Positions 55,206-64,000 of a stretch of 64,000 nt of DNA are shown here, piece by piece (within the stretch, counting starts at the first letter, position 1; every line of letters begins with the position of its first letter). Source of the DNA: an uncultured Planctomycetota bacterium (GTDB lineage Bacteria; JAJVIF01; JAPKYR01). Made by a program: the position numbers and the translations under genes. The notes beneath the pieces are model-generated. The model was not told the DNA's origin. It saw only the letters and a program-made list of their open reading frames with translations, and searched no databases. The stretch spans positions 44,866 to 108,865 of the forward strand of contig CAYGZQ010000002.1 of NCBI GenBank assembly GCA_964354375.1. Direction: 5' to 3'.

Positions 55206-55288
55206 GTCAATAGTCCGCCCGGATTCGTGCGTAGAAGGGCTGCGGCGGGAACGGATAACCTCTCCAGAAGGCGATGGTGCTTGTGTCG
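55206..55288. repeat. 83-bp direct repeat copy B (native 3' end of lipoprotein gene D)
   Basis: See copy A. Confidence 0.8.
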
Positions 55289-57864
55289 CTGTCCCAGCAG
55301 GGATCGGTGATTCCGGCAAACGAGCACCAGGTTCCCTGATAGGGGGTGTTGTCGTTGACAGATCCCATTTCGATCAGGTTGCCGTTGCGATCGATCAGAG
55401 CGACATCGGTTCTCCAGCCTGATGTCGCGGCATCGTGCCAAAAATCGATATATGCGTTGCCGTCGGGGTCGCATGCGATGCCGGTGACATTCTCGGACTG
55501 TGAGCCGGGAATGATCTTTCCCTGCCATGAGCCCGAGCGATTGTTGGTGTATGCGGCCTGGGTCATTGTGACGCACCAGGCGACATGGACCGTCCCGAGG
55601 TAATCCACCGCCACTGCGGCGAAGTTCGGATATCCCGACACGCCCGAAGATGCCACTTCGATGGAGCCCCATGTGCCGGACGCATTGCGTTTCATGTACA
55701 TGATGGTGGATGCGCCGGGACCGGTCCAGACGAGATGAAGGTTGCCGAACCGGTCGGCGACCATGTCGGGACGCATGTGGTAGATGTCGGGGTTGACCTG
55801 GGTTGTGAGATCGACCGGCGCAGACAGACTCCCCGGCTGTCCATGAACATAGACCAGCTTGTAGTTGCCGCTGTACGAGGGCATGACGATGTGGATCTCG
55901 TCGTCGGGAGTGACGGCGATCGTCGATTCTCCTTCATACCCGGACGGGGAAGTGAAGGTATGAATCGTGGTGAAGTTCTGGACGGCATTGCCCGGCGTGA
56001 CCATTGCGTAGTAGTAGGCGTGCGACGTGCTGTAATAGCTCGTCCATACGATGTGCGCGTTGCCCTGCGAATCCGGGGCGACATCGGCGACCTCACCGTA
56101 CGCATACGAGCCGAGACTCACCTCCTGGAAGCTGGTGGGATTGGTCATGGAGGACCGTACGAACCTCGTGGGAAGGGCGTAGACCAGGTAGATCGTCCCG
56201 TCCGGTGTGACGAACGAGTTGACGAAATTGGAGGCCCCGACATTTCCCATCTGTCCGTCGGGATTTTCGAGGTCGGTGAAACCCTTCGGCGCGACGTAGA
56301 CCGGGGTAGCGGACGTCATCGCGGACGCATTGGACTCGGTCGCGTCGATATCGACAGCCTTGACCACATAATCGTATGTCGTGCCGGTCATGAGAACGGC
56401 GGTGTCGATGTAGTCGGTATCGGTGAGTATCGTGGGGTTGAGGGGGTCCAGAAAGTCGAAACCGGGAGCGGTCGAGAGTTTCCGGTAGACGTTGTAACCG
56501 GCGAGCGTGGGCCAGTCGACGGGATCCCAGAAGAGATGGACCACTCCGGCAGCGGCGCAGTTATCGAGGCCGGTGGGCGTGGGGATCGAAACGGGCTCCT
56601 CGGTGAGGATCGGCGCGTCCCAGAACAGGAAAGCCGCAAGAGGCTCCTCGGGATAATCGAAGCCCGAGATGCCCTCGAGATTCGGCGCATAATCGGAGGG
56701 GGACTCGGACTCGACCGCGACCATCAGAGTCTGACCGGTCAGGCCGGATGGAGTAACGTCCGCGATCTCCACATGGAACACCGATGAAGTCGGGCCGTCC
56801 GGAGACACGACGGCTGCGGGCAGAACATCTATCGGCGTATCGAAGAGATCAGGGGACTCGACCCATATCGCGGCGACTTCCCCCGGAACCCCGAGCGGAT
56901 TTTCCACAGCCTGCCAGTCGTAGACGGTAATGTCGAGGACAAGATCGCCGCCGTTCTCGGTCGGCGAGACATACCATGCGTCGGAGCCGGCATCGGCGAC
57001 GGCCAGCATGTACGCTTCCTGGCAATTCGCGCTGAGAGAATAGTCCTCGGGGAGATAGACCGGGCCGTCGCCTGTCGGCGCGTCCCAGCTCGCATCGACC
57101 GCGTAATTGAATTCCACCACCGGCGAGCCCGCGTCCATCGGGAAATGAATCATGTAGCGCCGCTCGTTGAAGCCAGGGGATGTGGCGAAAAATCCCCGGG
57201 TGGCGGGATCGATCACAAGCTCGTCCTCGCTTTCAAGATCGTCCGCGAAATACTTGTAGGGGTTCAGCGTCGCCGTCGCCGTGAAACCGGGAGAGGCCAG
57301 CGCCCCCTGAGTGTATCCGAAGATCGTATTGTATGTCGTGAATTCGGTGGGATTCCACCAGCGCGTCCAACCGTCGGAGTTCAGGAGCCTCGCTTCATCG
57401 CCTGCAGCGTAAAGGAGATTGCTGTAATGGTCGCTCAGGACGCTGCCGTCCGACATGAAAATCCCCCTCACGTCGAAGCCGGAATACATCGATATCCCCG
57501 GAAACGGATGATGGAGCATGACGTCGACCGCGAAGAGGCCCTCAGGGATGTCGCTTGCGAACGGGTCGATCGACACGGTGATGCGGTTGATCGGCGAGAT
57601 CGGCTTCTGCATGAACATGGTCACGTTCGCGTTGAACTCGGCCGTTCTGGACGGTTCAACCGTCACCTCGAGCGTACGTGTGTCGATGCCGATTTCGTAG
57701 ACGCCCCACACGACGCGAGAGCTGCCCAAGCAGGATGCCCGGTGACCGCTGAGGTCGGGCGCCGCCGTTGGACCGAGAACTGAATCACCTGCGGTCGAGC
57801 AACCGACGATCATCGACACGAGCAGAATAATCCCCAGCCAAATAATGTTTACACGGGTGTTCAT
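55207..57864 (-). CDS. Large surface lipoprotein, paralog D (885 aa): conserved N-domain + beta-propeller/YVTN-like C-terminal region
   Basis: Lipobox MIVGC. N-domain motifs LHHPFPG..SGFDVRGI, SDGWTRWWNPTEF, NPYKYFADDL, NYAVDASWDAP, YSLSANCQEAY. Confidence 0.7.
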   Translation of the reverse strand: MNTRVNIIWLGIILLVSMIVGCSTAGDSVLGPTAAPDLSGHRASCLGSSRVVWGVYEIGIDTRTLEVTVEPSRTAEFNANVTMFMQKPISPINRITVSIDPFASDIPEGLFAVDVMLHHPFPGISMYSGFDVRGIFMSDGSVLSDHYSNLLYAAGDEARLLNSDGWTRWWNPTEFTTYNTIFGYTQGALASPGFTATATLNPYKYFADDLESEDELVIDPATRGFFATSPGFNERRYMIHFPMDAGSPVVEFNYAVDASWDAPTGDGPVYLPEDYSLSANCQEAYMLAVADAGSDAWYVSPTENGGDLVLDITVYDWQAVENPLGVPGEVAAIWVESPDLFDTPIDVLPAAVVSPDGPTSSVFHVEIADVTPSGLTGQTLMVAVESESPSDYAPNLEGISGFDYPEEPLAAFLFWDAPILTEEPVSIPTPTGLDNCAAAGVVHLFWDPVDWPTLAGYNVYRKLSTAPGFDFLDPLNPTILTDTDYIDTAVLMTGTTYDYVVKAVDIDATESNASAMTSATPVYVAPKGFTDLENPDGQMGNVGASNFVNSFVTPDGTIYLVYALPTRFVRSSMTNPTSFQEVSLGSYAYGEVADVAPDSQGNAHIVWTSYYSTSHAYYYAMVTPGNAVQNFTTIHTFTSPSGYEGESTIAVTPDDEIHIVMPSYSGNYKLVYVHGQPGSLSAPVDLTTQVNPDIYHMRPDMVADRFGNLHLVWTGPGASTIMYMKRNASGTWGSIEVASSGVSGYPNFAAVAVDYLGTVHVAWCVTMTQAAYTNNRSGSWQGKIIPGSQSENVTGIACDPDGNAYIDFWHDAATSGWRTDVALIDRNGNLIEMGSVNDNTPYQGTWCSFAGITDPCWDSDTSTIAFWRGYPFPPQPFYARIRADY

Positions 57865-58138
57865 TTCGTGACCTCTCTCGTTTGTCTGTTACTGAATCAC
57901 GAGGTTCTGCCGGGAGTAATGATACCACAGTATGGCAAGGCGCCGCACGCTAAGGAGGCACCGGTCCCCGCCGGTGCACGAGTTCAGTAAGCGCATACTT
58001 ACACCATTCTGGGATTCGCAGAAATCATTTTTTTGGTATTCCAGTCAGGGCATGGTAAAATGAGATCGGTGCCGGGTCGGTTAAGAGTGCGTCCTCTTTT
58101 CCCGACGACCCTCCACAGAGACGCAGGGAGGAACGGCA

Positions 58139-59715
58139 GTGTTCTACAAATTAACCTTCAGTTTCAGGGGGGGGGCAGGTATGCGCCTGCATGCCTGACA
58201 CCAGCAGTAGTCCTTGCACTTATCATTTTGAGCGGATGTAATGGGGGAGGAAGTCCTATCAGCGGAGATAATCCGGCAAGCCTTCAAAGGACAGCGCAGG
58301 CATTCGCAGGGGGAGAAGAATGGGGGGAAGCCTACAAAATGGATTCCGCATCGTCGATCTGGGCTCATCCGGTACCGGACGGAATCACACCGGGCGATAT
58401 CGCCGTGTCGGATCCGGGGCTCGGCGATGTCTCCACACTCGCAACTGCTTTCGTAAAGCATGGAAGCTCGGGAGCGCCGTCCGAGATCGACCTGATCGTT
58501 TTTGACGAGGGCGGGGAGTTCCCGCGGTACTTGGATACTTTCAGCGCGCCCGAGCTGATGACAGGCTATCATGACCCGCTGTGCCGCTATCCGGCGGTGG
58601 AAGTGACTTACTCGCGCAACGAAGGCGTGAACGCGGGGATATTGGTGGTCGAAGTCATCTGGTCGCAACTCACGAACCTAGAGGCTCCTCACTGGGACCT
58701 GTATTACCACCAGGTATCTTTCAGGGTCTTCGCTGATGGTATCTGGTGGTTCCTCCCGATGGAGAGTCCGATTGTCCAGATTGAGTCGACAGCTTCGGGT
58801 TTCGACGAATTCCAGCCGGATCTGTCCGTGCATGCGGAAAGCGGCGACCTGTATGCCGTGTTCAACCGCAGAGACCCGACCGACCCGACGCTGGACAAAA
58901 TCTATGCCGTCCGTCATCCCGATTGGGGCCAGGTGATGAAATGGTCGCCGCTTTGGGCCATGCCGTACAAGATATGCGGCTCCGATGCGAGACCCAGGTC
59001 GGCGCCGAAAGTCGACGCCGGGCCTGTCGAGTTGGATGAGGGCATACCGGTGCCGCGGGTTGCGGCGACCTGGTCGGAGCTCTACGATGAGCATACCTGG
59101 CAGGTATGGTACAACGACTGGGATCCGGGGAATCCCGGCACCCCGTCGCAGACGGCAGAGCCGGTAACTCAGTACGCCATGTACCGGGTGAACGCTCTTC
59201 CGCAGATTGACATCACACCGGATTCCTCGGGGATACATCAGGCCGTGATAGCCTGGTTCCATTGCCGATGGGTCTTGACCCCGGAGCCCGCTCACTATGA
59301 CGAGTTCGCAGTCTGGATGACTGCAACGCCGGATATTGACGACTTCACAGCGATCCCGGAAACGAGCATCTGCCCGGATGTGGCGTGCTATCAGATGTCC
59401 GACCCGGACGAGCACTGGTTCGGGCTCAGCTATTATCTTCCTGCGGGGGAGGAGCCGTGGCTGGTGCGCGCTCATCGATTCACTTTCTCCGTGGACTGGG
59501 AGACCGAGAGCGTGACTATCACTCCTGTGTTCTCGACTGACGTGCTGGGCTCGAATGGCCGCTGGAACCTTGATAACCCCTTCACAGGTTCGACATTGAA
59601 CCTGAGGATCCCCGATGACGATGACCTCGAATCGTCAAACTTTGGGATCGGCTGGGTTGACAAGGAAGACGGCGATGAGTTCATGGCCTACCTTTCGGCA
59701 GGGACCATCGACTGA
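58139..59715 (+). CDS. Surface lipoprotein F (not a member of the A-E family); translation from the RBS-linked GTG start depends on the length of a G9 tract
   Basis: GGGAGGA RBS at 58125-58131 followed by GTG 58139. With the observed G9 run (58167-58175) this frame stops at 58196. With G10 it reads VFYKLTFSFRGGGRYAPACLTPAVVLALIILSGC (lipoprotein signal) into the long ORF. The track ORF starts at TTG 58033 without an RBS. Confidence 0.5.
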
Positions 59716-59732
59716 CTCAGGGAGGTCTAACC

Positions 59733-60986
59733 ATGAAAGCAACCGCGCTTTGTCTTGTTGTGGTAGCGCTCCTCGTCGAGGCGCTGTCATGCGCGACGGG
59801 GGATCGTCCGACCGCTCCTGGTTTGCATCCAGTTCCGCAGGCAGGCGGTGAGCCGTGCTGCGACCAAGCCGGTGGCCGGTATCTGGACTGGGGAACGTAC
59901 AATATCGAGATCGCCAGTGACGCCTCATACGTTCGCGTCGTCCCTGAGCGCAGCGCATCCGGTAAGTACGGAATTCATCTGAATGCTACAAAGCTTCTGG
60001 AAGCAGGGCCCTGCTACGACTGTCTGTCAACCAGCAACCTCTATCTGCTACCCAACGGGGATATCTCAATCGATATCTCGATAACCCATCCATATAGTGA
60101 TGCACGTTACAGTGGTTTCGATGTAAGGGGGATCATTATGTTCCCCGCGAGCCAGGACTTCCCCGATGTCGAGCTTCGAAAAGCAGCCGGATGGGATGAC
60201 AACTATGGGGGTTATGTCATCAGGATAGCCAGCAGTGAAAAGGGCGATGCGGAGTTGATGAACCCGGACGGCTGGACTACGATTTGGTCGCCAGATGTTG
60301 AGGAACTCTGGCATTCGTGGGATCAGATTGAGGAGGGAGACTATCCTATCCTCAAGTACTATCCCGGTAAGTACGCCTCAGGCGATAACCTCAGTGTTAT
60401 CAGTCCGTTCAGACGGTTTCACTCAAACGAGATCCGTCACATGTTCGAAGTGGGGAAGACCGTTACGCGCACGTATATCCTGCGGCCACCGGCATCTGGA
60501 CCGATAAAGGCATCTTATGCGATTTGCGCCCACTGGGCGCCGGCCACTAATGTTCCCGTCAGCGACCCTGCGGTCGATTTCCCGCCGGAAGCGAATTCGC
60601 CGACGCCTTACGAGTTCACGATCACACAGGACGCGCCGATAGATCCGGACGATATTTCCTGGGAATCGGCGAAACATCTTCACTACCACATCAAGGCATG
60701 GTACAGCGACTTGTCGTCATGGGTAGGTACTCTTTTGGACATAGGGTGCATCTCGAATCCGGGTGGAGAGTTCGAACCATATCCCGGAGGAGAGCCAGAC
60801 GAGTACTATTTCGCTGGATTCACAGCTCTTCCCTGGGAGAACATCCCGGGATGCTTGCCGGCAGATTGCCTCTATGTCTTTCGACTCGAGATGCGTGATC
60901 CGGAGCATGTCTGGGGCACAGGAAAGCCTCTCGGCACTGATTTCTATATCTTCAAGATCGCAATAGAAGCCTCGGACGGGGAGTAA
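59733..60986 (+). CDS. Surface lipoprotein, paralog E (417 aa): conserved N-domain only
   Basis: Lipobox EALSC. Motifs THPYSD..SGFDVRGI, NPDGWTTIW, YAICAHWAPA, DFPPEANSPTP. GGGAGG RBS; 18 bp after the preceding gene. Confidence 0.65.
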   Translation: MKATALCLVVVALLVEALSCATGDRPTAPGLHPVPQAGGEPCCDQAGGRYLDWGTYNIEIASDASYVRVVPERSASGKYGIHLNATKLLEAGPCYDCLSTSNLYLLPNGDISIDISITHPYSDARYSGFDVRGIIMFPASQDFPDVELRKAAGWDDNYGGYVIRIASSEKGDAELMNPDGWTTIWSPDVEELWHSWDQIEEGDYPILKYYPGKYASGDNLSVISPFRRFHSNEIRHMFEVGKTVTRTYILRPPASGPIKASYAICAHWAPATNVPVSDPAVDFPPEANSPTPYEFTITQDAPIDPDDISWESAKHLHYHIKAWYSDLSSWVGTLLDIGCISNPGGEFEPYPGGEPDEYYFAGFTALPWENIPGCLPADCLYVFRLEMRDPEHVWGTGKPLGTDFYIFKIAIEASDGE

Positions 60987-61185
60987 GCGACACGAACGCA
61001 GTTCGGACCGGCTAGCTTGTAATCAGGCATGGGATTGTTGTGTCTCCGTCTCTGAGGCATGTGCGAGTGAAGCCGTCCTTTTCAGGGTCCTCTATTTCTG
61101 CTATACTCCCGCAACGTATTTTTTCGACCTCCGGAGTACTGCCGGGGCAAGTTTTGTGTGCGCTTTCGCGAGGGAGGATTTCACA

Positions 61186-63000
61186 GTGGGCACCCAACCT
61201 CAATTCAACCGATGGCTCGTAGTACTGGGGGCCATCCTCATTCAGCTATGCCTTGGAGCGATCTACGCGTGGTCGGTTTATACGCCCGCGCTGACAGCCA
61301 AGACGGCTGCACAGCTTGCGCAGGAAGAAGCGGCGGCGAAGGTTGTCGAGCAGGCGCCGGCTCCTGTGATCGAGCAGCCCGAGGTCGAAAATGTTCCTGT
61401 CAACCAGCCGACAGGCGCTGCAGGCGAACCGGGTACGACACCGACACCGGTCGGTGAGGACAAGACGGTGGAGTCGGGCGGAATGGTCAAGCCCGGCTCG
61501 ACCGGTGAGACGGGAGCGACGGGTACAGTTCCGCCGGATGCGTCGGGCAACGCGACACCCGCTCAGCCCGCTCCAGGCGGCGAGCCACCGAAGACCGAAG
61601 AACCGCCCGCAGGACTGGTGACGCCCACGTCACCCGCCACGCAGACTCCGGCGACGCAGCCCGCGCAAGTGCCTCCTGCGGTCAAGGAGAAGCCGAAGCC
61701 CGGGCTGTACGGATGCTCCACCAAGGAGTCTCAATGGCCGTTTTCGATCGGACTGGTGACGTTCGCAATCGTGATGGTGCTGGCGGGCAACTGGCAGAAG
61801 AAGGTCGGTCCGAAGAAGGTGGCGCTTACCGGCGGGATACTTCTGGGCCTCGGCTACATACTGGCAGGTCTGGTCGGGAGCACAGTAACCGCTCAGATCA
61901 TCCTGATCGGTCTTGTTGGAGGAGCCGGGATCGGGTTGGCGTACGTGTGCCCGATCGCGGTCGGCGTCAAATGGTTCCCGGACAAGAAGGGCCTCATAAC
62001 CGGTCTTGCGGTCGCCGGATTCGGTTTCGGCGCCACCATCTGGGTCATGCTGGCGAAAGGTATCAAAACCATAGCATTCCCCGGCCTTCTCAACATGCTT
62101 CATTTCTCATTCGCCAACGACTGCGGGGTGCGGTCCACCTGGTTTGTCTACGGCATTGTTTATCTCATCCTGGTCAGTATCGGATCCATCTGGATGGTCA
62201 ACCCTCCGGACGGATACAAGCCCAAGGGCTGGACCCCGCCGCCCGCGGCCAAGGCTGCCACGACCGGGGGAATCGAGTTCGGCCAGTTCCGGATGCTCAG
62301 TACGCTGCAGTTCTACATGATCTGGTTCTGTTTCATTGCGGGCGCGGCTGCAGGTCTCATGGTGATCGGGGTTATCGCGCTGTTCGGGACCGATGCGCTC
62401 ATGGTTTCCGGTATGGCGAAGGTTGACGCGGAGGGCGCTGCAGCGATCGCGATGGGCGTGTTCTACGCCTTGTTCAACGGGCTGGGCCGCATCATATGGG
62501 GCGTGGTCTCGGACAAGATCGGCAGGAAGCCGTCGATTTTCCTTATGTGTCTCATCCAGGGCATCGCGATGCTGCTGTTCTTCTTTGTGGGCGGCACGGT
62601 GTGGGGGCTGTGGCTGATGGCTGCACTGATCGGCTTCAACTTCGGCGGCAACTTCGCGTTGTATCCTGCAGCGACGGCGGACTATTTCGGCAACAAGAAT
62701 GTCGGGGTGAATTACGGCTGGATGTTCACGGCGTACGGAGTGGGCGGGCTTCTGGGTCCGCAGATCGCGGCGTATTTCAAGGATGGGGCGACTGAGCTCG
62801 TGAAAAACACCACGGATCAGCTCAAGTTGATCGCGGACCAGACGTCGCCGCAAGCGCTCGACCTCTTGCACAAAATAGCGAGCACGCGTTATGAGGCGTG
62901 GCACATGCCGTTCATGATCGCAGGCATCGCCAGCATCGTGGCCGCGGCGGTCATCCTCCTCACTCAAAAGCCGAAGGCCAAATCGACCGAGGCCGGCTAG
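61186..63000 (+). CDS. MFS transporter, oxalate/formate antiporter (OFA) family, with ~150-aa Pro/Thr/Ala-rich insertion between TM1 and TM2
   Basis: WFPDKKGLITGLAVAGFGFGA OFA signature, 12 TM. GTG start after a GGGAGGA RBS. The track ORF starts at 61156. Confidence 0.7.
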   Translation: MGTQPQFNRWLVVLGAILIQLCLGAIYAWSVYTPALTAKTAAQLAQEEAAAKVVEQAPAPVIEQPEVENVPVNQPTGAAGEPGTTPTPVGEDKTVESGGMVKPGSTGETGATGTVPPDASGNATPAQPAPGGEPPKTEEPPAGLVTPTSPATQTPATQPAQVPPAVKEKPKPGLYGCSTKESQWPFSIGLVTFAIVMVLAGNWQKKVGPKKVALTGGILLGLGYILAGLVGSTVTAQIILIGLVGGAGIGLAYVCPIAVGVKWFPDKKGLITGLAVAGFGFGATIWVMLAKGIKTIAFPGLLNMLHFSFANDCGVRSTWFVYGIVYLILVSIGSIWMVNPPDGYKPKGWTPPPAAKAATTGGIEFGQFRMLSTLQFYMIWFCFIAGAAAGLMVIGVIALFGTDALMVSGMAKVDAEGAAAIAMGVFYALFNGLGRIIWGVVSDKIGRKPSIFLMCLIQGIAMLLFFFVGGTVWGLWLMAALIGFNFGGNFALYPAATADYFGNKNVGVNYGWMFTAYGVGGLLGPQIAAYFKDGATELVKNTTDQLKLIADQTSPQALDLLHKIASTRYEAWHMPFMIAGIASIVAAAVILLTQKPKAKSTEAG

Positions 63001-63032
63001 CCCGCCAGGAAAATCGGTAACAATCGAACTAT

Positions 63033-63059
63033 CCCGCCCGGCTCCCGGGCGGGTTTTTG
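63033..63059 (+). terminator. Rho-independent terminator after the MFS gene, followed by a second hairpin (63060-63086)
   Basis: CCCGCCCGG-CTC-CCGGGCGGG followed by TTTTTG. Confidence 0.75.
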
Positions 63060-63149
63060 TAGCAACGCGCGAGACGCGCATTGCTACGTTTTGTTTCCGT
63101 GGTCCATTTATGTGAACGGGCGGGAATCAGACGAGAGAAGGAGGCCCAT

Positions 63150-64000
63150 ATGCGGAGCCTGAGTTTGCTTTCAATTCTTGCCGGACTGGTGCTGATTTTG
63201 GCGAACCCGGTCCGAGCCGATTCGGACAGAGATTACATCGAGAACAAACTCGACGAATGGATCCAATACGCCGAGAACCTCGGGTACGAGGTGATCGAGT
63301 TCGACATAGGGACGGTCGATGAGGACTCGATATTCTATTACGGCCTGGGACCCGGCAGGTATCATGTCTATTCAGAGAGCAGCGAAGGGATCACCGACCT
63401 CGATATGATAGCCAGAGACGATTGGGGCAACGAGATCGCCGGCGACACCATGGCCGACAGTTTCCCGGTCCTCGAGTTCAGACTGAATGACTGGCAGGAA
63501 GTCGAGTTCGAAATTGACGTGTATGCGTCCGAAGGAGATTACGGTCGAGGCTACTACTGTTTTGTTCTGGCAATTGAACCGGACTATAGTGGAGGGTGGT
63601 ACTCGGACGACTATCAAGACACAAGGGACAGGGATGGAAACCGGGATCGGGACCGCGATCGTGGTCGCGATCGTGATCGTGATCGGTGGGGCGGCGACGA
63701 CTCGTGGGGAGGCGGAAACGAAAGAGGCCACAATCGGGGCCGGTGGTCGGATGAGTGGCAGGAATGGTGGCGGGACTGGGACGATGGGCGGTGTTGCGAC
63801 GGTAGCGATAATTGGTCAGGGAACCAACGTCAACGATACATGGAGGATAAGCTGGATTACCTCTACGAGTTCGCGTCGCATCGGGGACTCAGCCCGATCA
63901 TGGACAGGATCGATGAGATTGAGGACACGAGGACGTATTCGATCACGCTGCACAGGGGATACTACGTAGTGTTCGCCGCGGGTGGGCCATGGATCGACGA
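63150..64000 (+). CDS. Secreted hypothetical protein with RD/DR dipeptide repeat tract (partial, runs off window end)
   Basis: Own translation: AGGAGG RBS, ATG 63150, signal peptide MRSLSLLSILAGLVLILANPVRA, RDRDGNRDRDRDRGRDRDRDRWGGDDSWGGG. No stop before 64000. Absent from the track because it is incomplete. Confidence 0.6.
   Translation, partial: MRSLSLLSILAGLVLILANPVRADSDRDYIENKLDEWIQYAENLGYEVIEFDIGTVDEDSIFYYGLGPGRYHVYSESSEGITDLDMIARDDWGNEIAGDTMADSFPVLEFRLNDWQEVEFEIDVYASEGDYGRGYYCFVLAIEPDYSGGWYSDDYQDTRDRDGNRDRDRDRGRDRDRDRWGGDDSWGGGNERGHNRGRWSDEWQEWWRDWDDGRCCDGSDNWSGNQRQRYMEDKLDYLYEFASHRGLSPIMDRIDEIEDTRTYSITLHRGYYVVFAAGGPWID

Noticed and set aside
55585-57783. Plus-strand ORFs 55585-56787 and 57145-57783
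   Set aside because: Antisense to lipoprotein D.
587-63000. CRISPR array among the abundant repeats
   Set aside because: Repeats are palindromic, dispersed and non-periodic. No regularly spaced direct repeats with unique spacers were seen.
61713-63081. ORFs 61713-62426 (plus, other frame) and 62107-63081 (minus)
   Set aside because: Overlap the OFA-family MFS transporter gene, whose 12-TM architecture and signature motif are clear.

Overview
High-GC (~60-62%) bacterial chromosomal window, probably from an uncultivated, metagenome-assembled lineage (inference). It is a mix of housekeeping genes and an unusually large accessory complement.

Housekeeping genes recognised from the translations: hypF (partial, runs off the window start), a tgt-like gene fused to a 16S rRNA m7G1405 methyltransferase-like domain, rsmI, rpoD, two aconitase-family dehydratase large/small subunit pairs, an isocitrate-dehydrogenase-family enzyme, a citryl-CoA-lyase-like short citrate synthase homolog, tldD/tldE, marR, folD, xseA/xseB, tlyA, nadK, recN, alaS, a CN-hydrolase, a DinG-like exonuclease/helicase-like protein, ksgA, a polysaccharide deacetylase and an OFA-type MFS transporter.

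Accessory content worth a second look:
- Five paralogous large surface lipoproteins share a conserved ~300-aa N-terminal domain that I cannot assign to any known family. Their C-termini differ (LVIVD beta-propeller repeats, right-handed beta-helix).
- An AT-rich (~45% GC) island carries a DUF3800-family gene tightly coupled to an unknown partner and is flanked by REP-like hairpins.
- A DUF134 / NifX-like / TsaA three-gene cassette is bounded by 83-bp direct repeats copied from the 3' end of a lipoprotein gene.
- A compact RAYT/IS200-like tyrosine-transposase element has perfect 42-bp terminal inverted repeats.
- Several families of REP/MITE-like palindromic intergenic repeats occur, one of which encodes the C-terminus of the Tgt-fusion ORF.
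- A G9 homopolymer in the 5' end of a lipoprotein gene makes translation from the strong RBS/GTG start frame-dependent, a candidate phase switch.
- A Ycf46-like AAA+ ATPase is followed by small DUF1257/DUF2997-like genes.

No rRNA, tRNA or CRISPR arrays were recognised. Most long antisense ORFs in the six-frame track are high-GC shadow ORFs and were rejected.
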